Shown here one piece after another: positions 23,549-36,400 of a stretch of DNA of 64,000 bases; the first letter of the stretch is position 1, and each line of letters starts with the position of its first letter. This stretch comes from Anaeramoeba ignava BMAN (lineage: Eukaryota > Protista > Anaeramoebae). The position numbers were made by a program, and so were the translations under genes. The stretch lies in the NCBI GenBank assembly GCA_028826165.1, contig JAPDFW010000071.1, positions 248,001 through 312,000 on the forward strand, read 5' to 3'. The notes under the pieces are model-generated. The model did no database searches, was not told where the DNA came from, and was given only the letters and a program-made list of their open reading frames with translations.

Positions 23549-25336
23549 ATGAATGATTGTTTATTTTTTGGTAAAAATCAAGATCCAATTCTTTTCAAAA
23601 ATGAACCAGTTGCAATAATAAAACCAATTCAATTTAATTTTGAAAATGAAAATGAAAATGAAAATGAAAATGAAAAACAAATTAAACAAATTTCAACAGG
23701 TCATGTTTCAACAATTTTCCTTTTTGAAAATGGAAAATCAATAGAATACTTAAATAAAAAAGATTCAAAACAAAATCCTGAAAAAATCCAAATTGAAGAA
23801 AATATTCAAAAAGTAACTGTTACTTATGAGAATGAAGCTATTTTAACAATAAAAGGAAAAGTATTTGCCAAAGGAAATTACATTAATACAAAAAATCCAA
23901 AAGAATTTATCAATATTTCATCATTAATTGAAGATAAAAATGATAGAGTAATTCAAGATATTGTTTCTGGATACAGTTCAATTTATTTATTAACTTCAAA
24001 TCAAAATGCTTATGGAATTGGTGCAAATTATTCCTATCAACTTGGTTTTGATTCTAAAAAGCTTAAAACAACACAAAAACCAATTTTAATGATGAAAAAT
24101 GTTTCTAAAATGTTTTCAGGAAATTCAACATGTGTTTTTCTTTTAAATTCAAATCAAGAATTATTTGTATGCGGTTACAATGAATTTGGTAGACTTGGAT
24201 TAGGAATAAATGAGATAAAAATCCAAAAATTAACCAAAATCCAAAATATTCCAAAAGGCAAAATAATTGATATTCAATCTGGATATACTCATTCAATAAT
24301 GTTGATTGAAAATGAAGATGAAAATCCAAAAAGAAAACTTTATTCATGTGGAGAATTTAAATGTAATGGACTTGGCAAAAAATATGGAGAAAATACTTAT
24401 GAATTTACTGAAATCAAATCATCTTTATTTGAAAATGATAATATTCTTGATTTTTCTATTGGAAGACAACATACTTTGATTTTAACTTCAAATTCGAAAT
24501 TAATAGGATTTGGAAAGAATTCTTTTGGTCAATTAGGAACTGGAAATACAAATGAAAATCAACCAACTCCAATTCAAATTGAACTTCCTAAATTAAGATT
24601 TAATGAAGAAATTTTCAATTATCATATTTCTTGTGGATTTTATAATTCATTTCTTTATTATTCTCCTTTTCTTTCTTCTTTTTCCAATCTTGAAGAAGAT
24701 TTGATAAAACTATTTAGAAGAAAAGAATTTTGTGATATTTCATTTAAAACCAAAACTGGAGAAATAATTGAAGCTCATAAATTAATATTGAAATATAGAT
24801 TAAATCAAAATGAAAATGAAATTGAAAAACTTCAAGAAATTATTTCAAAAAAATCAATTAAAGAATCAAATCAAATATTTGAAATGATTTATTCAAATAA
24901 TTCCAAAGTAAATCCAAAATTATATTCTGAAATTAAAGAAATTATAAATTCAAATGAAAAAATAGAAGAAACAATTAAAAGAATTTATTTAAATGAAAAT
25001 GAAAATGAAAATGAAAAAGATTTTATTATTGAAAGAAAAGAAAAACAATATAAATTTCCAAAATTAATATTAATAATGAGAAGTGAATTATATCGAGGAA
25101 TGTTTTTATCTGTAACTGAAGATACTTCTAATAAAGTTACAGATTATAGTGAATTAAGTAATAAATCATTTCAAATATTTGAATATTGGATTTATTCAAA
25201 TCAAATTAAAGATGAAATTGAAATTACACAAGAAATCATTAATGAAATTAAAATTGGAATTGATTATTTTCAATTAAATGAAACAAATCCAAATTTATTT
25301 GATTTATTAATTAACAAATTTAATAATCAAAATTAA
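23549..25336 (+). CDS. RCC1-repeat beta-propeller + tandem BTB protein
   Basis: RCC1 motifs CGYNEFGRLGLG, IQSGYTHSIML, SIGRQHTLILT..FGKNSFGQLGTG. BTB motifs FCDISF..AHKLILKYRL and KDFII..KLILIMRSELYRGMF..DYFQL. Confidence 0.9.
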   Translation: MNDCLFFGKNQDPILFKNEPVAIIKPIQFNFENENENENENEKQIKQISTGHVSTIFLFENGKSIEYLNKKDSKQNPEKIQIEENIQKVTVTYENEAILTIKGKVFAKGNYINTKNPKEFINISSLIEDKNDRVIQDIVSGYSSIYLLTSNQNAYGIGANYSYQLGFDSKKLKTTQKPILMMKNVSKMFSGNSTCVFLLNSNQELFVCGYNEFGRLGLGINEIKIQKLTKIQNIPKGKIIDIQSGYTHSIMLIENEDENPKRKLYSCGEFKCNGLGKKYGENTYEFTEIKSSLFENDNILDFSIGRQHTLILTSNSKLIGFGKNSFGQLGTGNTNENQPTPIQIELPKLRFNEEIFNYHISCGFYNSFLYYSPFLSSFSNLEEDLIKLFRRKEFCDISFKTKTGEIIEAHKLILKYRLNQNENEIEKLQEIISKKSIKESNQIFEMIYSNNSKVNPKLYSEIKEIINSNEKIEETIKRIYLNENENENEKDFIIERKEKQYKFPKLILIMRSELYRGMFLSVTEDTSNKVTDYSELSNKSFQIFEYWIYSNQIKDEIEITQEIINEIKIGIDYFQLNETNPNLFDLLINKFNNQN

Positions 25337-25362
25337 TATTAAAATTAAAATTAAAATCAAAA

Positions 25363-25405
25363 ATTTTTCATTTTTCATTTTTTCATTTTCATTTTTTTCA
25401 TTTCA
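25363..25405 (+). promoter_or_regulatory. Tandem TCATTTT initiator-like array upstream of RGS-DH-PH-MORN ATG
   Basis: ttttttca tttttca ttttttca ttttca tttttttca tttca, ending about 17 nt before ATG 25422. Confidence 0.5.
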
Positions 25406-25421
25406 ATTAATTTTTTTTTGA

Positions 25422-28400
25422 ATGACAAATCCTTTAGCTAAAATTGAAGATTCATTACAAACAACAAAAATTCAAACAAGTCAAGAACCTAAAATTCAAG
25501 AAAAAGTAAATAAAAAAAAAATTTAGAAAAAAAAACTTTTATGAATTAAACTTGAAATTTTTCATAAGGAAATTACACCAACTGAAACAGTAAATCTAAC
25601 ACTTGGATTTGTTCTCGAAGATAAACTTTGTCGGGCATATTTTCAACAATATTTACGAGAACAATTCTCATATGAAAATATGGGATTTTATTATGCTGTT
25701 CAAAAATACAGACATTTAGAAACTGATGAAATGAGAAATAGTTTTGGAAAAAAAATGTTTGATACTGTATTTATAACTAATTTTTTCATTTTTCAACATT
25801 CCAAAATTTATTTCAATTCAATTCAATTCAATTTAATTTAATATTTAATTCAATTCAATTCAATTCAATTCAATACAATTTAATTCAATTTAATTCAATT
25901 CAATTCAATTCAATTTAATTCAATTTAATTTAATTCAATTTAATTCAATTCAATTTAATTCAATTTAATATTCAATTCAATTCAATTTAATATTCAATTT
26001 AATTCAATTCAATTCAATTTAATTCAATATTCAATTTAATTCAATTCAATTCAATATTCAATTTAATATTCAATTCAATATTCAATTCAATTCAATTCAA
26101 TATTTAATTTAATTCAATATTTATTTTAATATTTAATTCAATATTCAATTCAATTCAATTCATTTCAATTCAATTCAATTTAATATTCAATTCAATTCAA
26201 TTTAATATTCAATTCAATTCAATATTCAATTCAATTTAATTCAATTCAATTTAATATTCAATTTAATATTCAATTCAATTCAATTCAATTTAATTCAATT
26301 CAATTCAATTTAATTCAATATTTAATTTAATTCAATTCAATTCAATTCAATTCAATTCAATATTTAATTTAATTCAATATCCAATTCAATTCAATTCAAT
26401 ATTCAATTTAATTCAATTTAATTCAATTTAATATTTAATTTAATTCAATATTTAATTTAATTCAATATTTAATTTAATTCAATATTCAATTCAATATTTA
26501 ATTCAATTTAATATTCAATTTAATTCAATTCAATTCAATTCAATTCAATATTCAATTCAATATTCAATTCAATTCAATTCAATTCAATATTTAATTTAAT
26601 TCAATATTTAATTTAATTCAATTTAAAATTCAATATTTATTTTAATATCCAATTCAATTTAATATTCATTTTAAAATTCAATATTTATTTTAAAATTTAA
26701 TATTTATTTCAAAATTCAATCTAAAATTTAAAATCTAGTATATTTCCACAGAATCAATGCAAGAAATTAATATAAATTCTGAAATGAAAAAAAAAATCAA
26801 TCAAACAATTGAAAATGAGGGATATACAAAAACACTATTTGACGAATCAATGGATCATATTATGGGAATATTAGAAACACATTCATTTCCTCGATTCAAA
26901 CAATCACAACACTACGAACTTCTTTTGAAGGATCTTGAACTAATTCAAACGGGCAAAACACCACATGGCCCAGAAACACAGAGAGACCAAGCCTTCAATT
27001 CAATATATACAATGAAGCAACAATTAAGTTCTAAACTCAATGATTATGCACAAGAATTCGAAACACTTGATCCAAATGAAAATTCACAACAAGAAAATAC
27101 AGTTATGAAAGAGATCCGAAGAATCTACGTGCAAATACGAGATGTTGAAATGGCAATAGCAAAGGATCTGCAGAAGAAGCAGACACAGTGGAATTATGAA
27201 CAGATATTATCAGATGTTTTTAAAAACGCTTCTCAGCAATATTATAAAATTTATAGTCAATATTTTAAAATATTCACTCAAATCGAACCAAATATTGAAT
27301 CCCTTGTTGATCAAAAGCATCCAAATAATGCGTTCAAAAGAATTACCAAGAAATACTTGTGTGATATCAAGTGCGTTTTAAGTCTTCCAATTGACGAATT
27401 GATGAAATTTGAAAATCTTCTTTTCAAACTAGTTGAATCTACATCTGAAGACCATCCAGATATCCACGAGCTCAAACAATTCACACAAGAGTTCCACGAG
27501 TTTGTTCTTTTTTCAGCGCAAGAGAGGGTTTTGCAAAGCAAGATTGTGGAAAGCAATCTGTATTTATTTAAAAATCGCAAACTTTTAAAAGAAGGAATTG
27601 GAAAAATAATAAAATACGCCCAAGATCCCTCACTCAACGGAGTATCTTTTCAATTACTTCTTTTCGAGGATTGTCTTTGCTGGGCTGTATCGGAAACACG
27701 CGATCAATCAACCCCTACAGAAGATCAAGAGACAGCAAAGAAAATCAAGTTTATTGTTGACGAGATCCTCCCAATCAACCTTGTTTGGATCAAGCAAGGT
27801 ATCGAATCATTGAAGTTTCTTGGGGAGTCGGTCTTCCAAATAACCTCTCCGGGAATTGAGCTTGCAGTATCCATTCCTGGCACCTCTGAATGGATTACTG
27901 AAATCGCAGCCGTTGTGGCCAAAAGTTGCGGACTTGATTCTCGAGATGTTTTTTCATCTCCGGAAAGAAAAGGCACTTTTTATCAGCCAGATCGCAGTCG
28001 CTACATAGGAACCCTTAAGGACGGCAAGTTTCATGGCGATGCGAAAATCATATATCCAAACGGTTCCGTTTTTGAGGGGAATTTTGTTGAGAATATCAAA
28101 TCTGGTCCTGCCAAATTGACTTTTCCTACTGGAGATATTTTAACGGCAAATTGGGAAAATGATTTTCCTTCTGGTTTAGCCAAAATCACTTACAAAAGCG
28201 GCACTGTTATATCTGGTAATTATTCCGATGGGTTCATTTCTGGTCCTGGAAAAATTCTTTTTTGTGATGGATCCGTTTATGAAGGTGATTTCGACAAAAA
28301 TAAAATGAATGGAAAAGGAACTCTTATTTATTCAAATGGTGATAAATATCAAGGTGAATTCAAAAATAATTTCCGTCATGGCCAAGGTGAATTTCATGAG

Positions 28401-29523
28401 AGAGATAACCAAATATATAATGGCGATTGGGCATATGACAAGAGAGAAGGAAATGGAAAACAGATTTATTCCAATGGCAATGTTTATGATGGCGGATGGA
28501 GGAAGGATTTGGTCTGTTTTTTTCATATTTTTCACATCCTTTCTTCCTTTTTATTCATTTTATCCTTTTTTATCCTTCTTATTATTTTATTCTTTATTTG
28601 TTTTTTCTTCAAAGCCTCATGGCAAAGGTATTTATATTTCTAAAACTGGTTCTAAATATGCTGGGCATTGGAATCTCGGTCAAAAAAGTGGTTTTGGTCG
28701 ACTTGATTATTCTGAAACTAAATATTATGAAGGTGAATGGGTTGAAAATTTGAAATCTGGAAAAGGAATTCTTTATAATGGAACCATTCATTTTAATGGG
28801 GAATGGTATATCCAAATTTTCCATTTTAAATTTTTAAATTTTTAAATCTTTTTCTATTCTTTTTTTTTAAAGGGATGATGATCTTCCAAATGGTTTTGGA
28901 ACTCTTACAATTTTTCCTGATTCAAAACAAGAAAAATCCAAAGAAAATGAAAAAGAAAATGAAAATGAAAATGAAAATGAAAATCAAAATGAAAATAATC
29001 AAAATGAAAATCAAAATGAAAATCAAAATCAAAATCAAAATGAAAATCAAAATGAAAATAATCAAAATCAAAAAGAAAATCAAAATAAAAATAAAAAACC
29101 ACCAATTGATATATCAAAAGATTTTTACATTCAAAAAGTTTTGGGAAATTTCAAAAATGGATTCCCAGATGGAGATAATATTACAATTGAAATTAGAAAC
29201 AAACTAAAAATTCGAGCACAAATGAAAATGGGAAAAGTGATTAAAAATTAAAATATTAAATTATTAAATTAAAATATTAAAATTAAAAATATTTTTTGTA
29301 ATTTTAGTTAAATCAAAATTGTACAATCACTTTTTGGAATGGAACTCAAATTGAAGCTTACTTCAAATTAGATACTCTTGATATTACAAAACCAATTAGC
29401 TTTCTTATTCCTCGAGAATTAGACAAAATTTTCGCAATTGATCAACAAAATGAAACAAAAGCTCCTCCTGGAATTTCTTTTTGGCTTCTTCCTCCAAAAG
29501 ATCCTTTACTCAATTTAATTTAA
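25422..29523 (+). CDS. RGS-DH-PH-MORN protein (alsin-like DH-PH-MORN core with N-terminal RGS domain)
   Basis: Exons 25422-25505, 25569-25766, 26739-28511, 28615-28805, 28873-29236, 29308-29523; all GT-AG and frame-consistent. RGS motif FQQYLREQFSYENMGFY..YIS..EINI..LFD..SFPRF; DH end LSLPI..L..T.EDHPD; PH motif LLKEG..LLLFEDCL; about 11 MORN repeats (YxGxW/F..GxG). Confidence 0.85.
25810..26700 (+). repeat. Intronic (AATTC/AATTT)n pentamer satellite filling the 972-nt intron 25767-26738
   Basis: The intron splits the RGS domain (MFDT|YIST); its interior is aattc/aattt/aatattc repeats. Confidence 0.9.
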
Positions 29524-29674
29524 AATTATTTTTTTTTTCTTTTTTTTCTTTTTTTCTTTTTTGAATTAATCAATTGATTTGCTTTAAAAAATTCCAAAAC
29601 AAAAACTCATTTATTATTTTTATTTTTATTATTTTTATTGAATTTAAAATTTGTTTTTGTTTTTGTTTTTGTTT

Positions 29675-32600
29675 TTATCTTTGAGTTCCATCTATTTTTA
29701 AATTTTTTGCTTTTAAAATTAAATTTATAATTTCATCATGAATTTGTTCATGTTCTTTTTTTGATTTTAAGATAATTTTCTCAACAGATTTCAATCCAAA
29801 TATAAAAATTGATTGAAAAATAGCGAAATGAAAAATTTCTTCAAATTTAACCATTTCCATAAAAGGTAAAGGTTTTTTATCTAAGAAAATCATAAGTTGA
29901 TTAGTGAATGATAATGTTGTTTTCAAATCTTTTTCTTTTAAAGAAATCATAAGTAATTTTCTAAATATCCGAAAATTATTATCATTTAAATAACCTCCAG
30001 TTTCTTCTATTGAAAATTGATAAGCTTCTTTTGAAGCTGAATAATGTTTAAGAATATAAGCAAAATCTCCAACAGTTTGATAATATTTTTCTGGATATTC
30101 TTCTTTTAATTCTATTATATTTGGATTTAAATCTTCTGTATGATTTAGGAAATGATTTAAATTTTTGCTATCAATTTCAGTAGCTCGAATTAAATTTCCA
30201 AACCATTCTGTACAAATTGATTTTTTATGTGGAGTTTTTATTTCAGAAAGAAAAGCATTTTGTTTATAAATTATTTTGTTGAAATTTTTTTCATTTCTTT
30301 TTGTTGATTTTAGATCATTTTCATTTTCAGAATTATCTGCAAAATAATTTGATGTTAATTCATATATATTTTCAATTTCATTTTGATTTTGATTTTGATT
30401 TTCAATTTGATTTTCATTTTGATTTTCATTTTGATTTTCATTTTGATTTTCATTTTGATTTTGATTTTGATTTTGATTTTGATTTTGATTTTCATTTTCA
30501 ATTTCATTTTGATTTTCATTTTGATTTTGATTTTGATTTTGATTTTGATTTTGATTTTGATTTTCATTTTGATTTTGATTTTGATTTTGATTTTGATTTT
30601 GATTTTGATTTTGATTTATATTTTGATTTTTATTTTGAATTTTTTGATTTTGATTTTGATTTTGATTTTGATTTTGATTTTGATTTTCATTTTGATTTTG
30701 ATTTTGATTTTGATTTTGATTTTGATTTTGATTTTGATTTTGATTTTGATTTTGATTTTGATTTTGATTTTGATTTTGATTTTGATTTTGATTTTGATTT
30801 TGATTTTGATTTTGATTTTGATTTTGATTTTCATTTTGATTTTGATTTTGATTTTGATTTTGATTTTGATTTTGATTTTGATTTTGATTTTGATTTTGAT
30901 TTTGATTTTCATTTTGATTTTCATTTTGATTTTCATTTTGATTTTGATTTTGATTTTGATTTTGATTTTGATTTTGATTTTGATTTTGATTTTGATTTTG
31001 ATTTTGATTTTGATTTTCATTTTCATTTTGATTTTGATTTTGATTTTGATTTTGATTTTGATTTTCATTTTCATTTTGATTTTGATTTTGATTATTTTCA
31101 TTTTGATTTTGATTTTGATTTTGATTTTCATTTTGATTATTTTGATTTTCATTTTCATTTTGATTATTTTCATTTTGATTTTGATTTTGATTTTGATTTT
31201 TATTTTGATTTTGATTTTGATTTTGATTTTGATTTTGATTTTGATTTTGATTTTGATTTTTATTTTCATTTTGATTTTTTAATTTATTTATTTTATAACT
31301 ATAATCAATATATTCTCCACTATAGAATTTTTCTTTAATAAATTCTTTATTATTTTCTTCAAAAACTCTTTTTTTGAAATTTTGTAATCCTTTCCATCCA
31401 AATAATTTCGAAAATTTTAACAATAAATAATAAATTTTCTTTTCCAAAAAATTTGAAATTGTTGTTCCAGGAAACAATCTTGATTGTAAAACACTTTGAG
31501 TATTTTTGGATTTGTCAAGAGAACAAAGATATTCTATATTCACTTTGTATTGGGTGGTATCGGGAATCATTATTCTTGCTGGCTTTGTGAAATGAGTATT
31601 AAAATTCATAACTGGATTTTTAGTAATTTTCTTGATTTTTTCAGGATTGATTTGATTTAATGTGAGAAAAAATTGTTTGTAATTTTCTGATGCAAAATAT
31701 GCTTTTGAGAGTAAAATATATCCATTTGGGTGATACGGAGCAACAGAAACTAAATGTTGAGCTAAAATCAAAGCTTTTTTGATTTTTTTATTTTTGATTA
31801 ATAATTTGATTAATTTCTCCATTAGTGGAATTGAGTTTGGCTTTTGTTGAAATGCTTTTGTCAAAATTGATAAAGGCTTTTGAATTTCTTTCAGTTTAGA
31901 ATATGATTTACTAACAATAATTGCTAATTCTGGTTCTTGATTTAGGAAATTTGAGAAAAATTCGATTGCTTGATTGAAATGGAAATTATTGAAGAAATAA
32001 TGCTTTATTGCTTTGATAAAGAAGTTGTTTCCATATGAAGGAAGTAATGTTGAATACACGCATCCTAATTTTTGTCCTTTCCATACTAAATTATTTAGTA
32101 AGTTTATAATTCTTGTTTTGTTGTTAATTTTTTCAAAGTCTTCAACAAATTTTAATATTGGATAATGTTCATAGATATTAATTTTGTGGAAATATTCACA
32201 TCTTAGAAAAGAGGAAATGAAAAGTTCTTCCCATAATTTTGATTTAATTTTTTCAAGTTTTAAAGTTTTGTTATTTTGAATTTATTTTCATTTTCATTTT
32301 CATTTTGATTTTCATTTTCATTTTGATTTTGATTTTGATTTTGATTTTGATTTTGATTTTGATTTTGATTTTGATTTTGATTTTGATTTTGATTTTGATT
32401 TTGATTTTGATTTTGATTTTCTTTTTCATTTTCATTTTGATTTTTATTTTCATTTTCATTTTTATTTTCATTTTGATTTTGATTATTTTGATTTTCTTTT
32501 TTATTTTCATTTTCATTTTCATTTTGGTTTATATTCTGATTTTCATTTTCATTTTGATTTTCATTTTCATTTTGATTTTGATTTTGATTTTGATTTTGGT

Positions 32601-33292
32601 TTATATTTTGATTTTTATTTTGGTTTATATTTTGATTTTTATTTTGATTTTGATTTTGATTATTTTGATTATTTTGATTTTGATTTTGATTATTTTGATT
32701 TTTGGTTTTGATTTTGATTTTTATTTTGATTTTGGTTTATATTTTGATTTTTATTTTGATTTTGATTTTGATTTTCATTTTGATTTTTATTTTGATTTTG
32801 ATTTTGATTTAAAGAAGGATATTTTCTAAAAAATAAATTTGCTTGATTATCAAAAAAGAAGAAATCTAAATTTTTTTGCAAATTAATTTTCTTTCCATCA
32901 GAATCAAAAAAATCAAAATAGAATTTTCCTGGAAGAATAAAATGTATATGGAAATCAATTTTTGAGAAAGCATTATAAGAACAATAAGTTCCTGATAAAA
33001 TTGTCCAATTTTTTTGAAAAAATTTGCTATTTTTTTGAGAATTAATCAATCGACCAAAATAACTAGCAATTCCAGCAAGACTTGAAGTATCAACACCAAT
33101 TACATGATGATAAAAACCAACAAGTGAAGCTGGATCATTTTTTGGGTTTGATGAACTACTTTTAATTAAATGACAAAGATCTGGTGATCCTAAACCTATT
33201 TTTGTTTGTTTGAGTTGGTTTTGTCTTGATATAAAACTTTCTCCTAAAACATTCTCAACCATTTCATGAGTAAATGATAACCACTCTGTCAT
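29675..33292 (-). CDS. ChAPs-family (Bch1/Bud7-like exomer cargo adaptor) TPR protein with two large NQ insertions; compensating indels at about 32700 and 32283
   Basis: N-terminus GLGSPDLCHLIK..YHHVIGVDTSSLAGIASY..GTYCSYNAFSKID..PG, then LWEELFISSFLR and TPR helices ending FFLTLN, as in ChAPs. ORFs 33292 and 32059 share a frame, but the NQ tract between them is shifted and contains stops. Confidence 0.8.
30372..31277 (-). repeat. Coding (AAAATC/G)n array, about 300 aa poly-NQ
   Basis: (gatttt)n on + strand, in frame within the ChAPs ORF. Confidence 0.95.
32283..32810 (-). repeat. (AAAATC/G)n array inside ChAPs gene
   Basis: (gatttt/catttt)n on + strand; no GT donor at its 5' edge, so it is probably coding. 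Confidence 0.85.
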
Positions 33293-33422
33293 TTTAATAA
33301 AAAATGAAAAATGAAAAATGAAAAATGAAAAAAAAATTCAAAAAAAATATTTTTTTTCTCCTTTTTAATTTTTTTTTTCTTCTTTTTTTTTCATTTTTTT
33401 CATTTTTCTTTTTTTTCTTTAA
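33293..33422. promoter_or_regulatory. 130-bp putative bidirectional promoter with back-to-back TCATTTT arrays
   Basis: (aaaaatg)x4 next to the ChAPs ATG (minus strand) and tttttcattttttttcattt next to the kinase ATG (plus strand). Confidence 0.55.
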
Positions 33423-36400
33423 ATGATTTCAAATTATTTTATTTTTGCTTTTTTCCTTTTGTTTTTTTTATTTTCAATAATAAAAACTTTGACATTAACA
33501 GAAAACAAATTGATTTATCCAACATTTGCAAATGAAAAAACAAATGAAAAAACAAATGAAATTTACAATGATCATCCCATTTTCTTTTCAAAATCAACTT
33601 TTTTTCTTTCATCTACAGAATTATTAGATAGAATTGAATTAGATTCTGGAGATTTAATTAATTTAAGAATAAGAGCAGATGGAGCAATAGTAGGAATTAA
33701 TAAATTTTCAAGAGAAATGTATGTTTCAAGTGCACCTTTTGCTTATACAGATGATTTTGAAGAAGTTGAAGTTATTTATAATTTGAATAAAGAGATTGAC
33801 AACAATAATTTTAACAAAGAAATTGACAACAATAATTTTAACAAAGAAATTGACAACAATAATTTTGATAAAAAGATTGACAACAATAATTTTGATAAAG
33901 AAATTGAATTGAATAATTTTGATAAAGAAACTGAATTAAATAATTTAAACAAAGAAATTGACAACAATAATTTTGATAAAGAAATTGAATTAAATAATTT
34001 TGATAAAGAAATTGACAACAATAATTTTGATAAAGAAATTGACAACAATAATTTGAATAAAGAGATTGAATTAAATAATTTGAATAAAGAAATTGACAAC
34101 AATAATTTTGATAAAGAAATTGAAAACAATAATTTAGATAAAGAAATTGAATTGAATAATTTTGATAAAGAAATTGAATTAAATAATTTTGATAAAGAAA
34201 TTGACAACAATAATTTAGATAAAGAAATTGACAACAATAATTTAGATAAAGAAATTGAATTGAATAATTTTGATAAAGAAATTCACTTGAATAATACTTT
34301 TTCAATCAAAAATAAAATACAATTTCTTTCACTTTCAAAAAATTCTTCCAAAAAATCTCTTATTGTTGATCCTTTAGTTTATTCTTCTTTTTTTGGTGGT
34401 CATTCTGATGATGTTGTAACTGCTTTTCAACTTTCTCCAGAATTAAACGAATTTTCATTTTTAATAGCTGGAGTAACACAAAGCATGAATTTTCCAATTG
34501 AGAATAACATAGATTCTATGTCAGAACCTCATAATGAAATACCTGTAGCTTTTATAACTCATATGAATTACAAAGGAATCATGTCATTTAGTACTCTTTT
34601 TGGACCTCTTTCCCAATCAGAAACTCAACATGTTATTCCAACTGGTGTTTTTCATGATTTAGATGGGAATCATTGGGTTACTGGTTATGTAAAGAATTGT
34701 TTTTAAAATTAAAATTAAAATTAAATTTAAATTTAAATTTAAATTAAAAATTATTTCTCATTTTTTAGACAAGTATCTCTGATATTCCCACTTCAATTAA
34801 TTCTCTTTCAAACAAAACACACAATTCTATCACTAGCGGATTTATTCTTCAATTAAGTAAACACGGAAATCATCTTATGTATTCTACATTATTTGGCGGT
34901 GATCATGATTCTTCAGCAACCAAAATTTATGGACTTGGATATTCAAGAAATTTTGGACCAATTATTGCTGGAATAACAAATTCTACATCTTTATTGAATG
35001 GTGTCACAAATTTAGCTGATTCGGAAGATACAAATAGTGCTTTTATTGCATTTTTGGAAATCAGTCCAGAAACTTCATTCATTTCACATATTATCAAAAT
35101 TGGAGAATCAAACAATTCAGAATTTCGCTCATTGGCTGTTTTTGAAGAAAACGGAATTCAAAATTACACAAATATCGTTGCAGCAGGAACAACCGATTAT
35201 CCAAACCTTTCAACTTATCCCCAAATTGATGGGGATTTCCCAACAGGAACTGCTGGTTTCATGTGCAGATTCAATATTTCTTACAGCCCTTTTAGCATAA
35301 TTGAGAAAGTGTGTGATTATATCGGAACAAATGCAAGTTTTGTTGATGATTCAATTTGCGCAGTTACTCTTGATATTGGGTATTCTGGTTCTTTGATAGA
35401 CTCATATTTCATTTCAGGATCAACTAAAAATTATGAGAATTTTACAGGAAATTTTGTTTTTGCTTCTACAAATTTAACCTCTTTAGCTCCGCATTACGAT
35501 TTCAATGCAAGTGTTGGATATGCACTTCGTGCAAGTAAAAATGGACATTTGAATTATTCCATTTTGGTTGGATGCAAGGATGCAGATACATACATTACTT
35601 CCACTTCTTTTCATTTGAGTAATATTTTATCAATTTCTGGAGTTACTTCTTGTGACATGAATATGAATAACAGTGTTTGGAATGATATCAATAAGGATGA
35701 ACTCAAAAACTATTCAACAAAATCATTTGTTTTGAAAGTGAATATAACACAAATCGGTAAATTTATTAATCAACAAAAATAAATCAAAATCAAAATCAAA
35801 ATTAAAATCAAAATTAAAATCAAAATTAAAAAAAAATAGAGCAATCAACACAAAATGAAACTCTCGAACAATTTATTATTTGGTCAAGTTATATTGATCC
35901 ATATCTTTCAGATCACCCACGCAATCAATTTTCAACTATACAACTTGATTATTCAGGAAATATATATTCAATATTCAATATCCCAAGTGGCATAACCACA
36001 AATCTAACAACAACAATTGATGCATATCAAGATACTTCTCCAGGAGGAACATCAATATTCATTCAAGTATTTGGAGGATTTGAATGCGAAATTGGATCAT
36101 ACAGTTCTTCTGCAAAAAATATTTGCATTCCTTGTGAAGCTGGGCATTATTCAAATAAAATCAACATGCCTGAATGCAAACTCTGCTCGGAAAATGAAAA
36201 CCAACCTTTTATGGGAAGTATAGAATGTTTAGGATGCTTGAATACAACAAATGAAAAGGGAAAAACAGATTGCGTCAATTCCCACGCCCCATATATGCCT
36301 ACAATTTGGGTCAACGAAACAGGAGAGGATGAAATCAAAGTTCAATGGATTTCTCCTAATATGAGCTCTGACAATATTTCGTTTAATCTTCGAATTTTTT

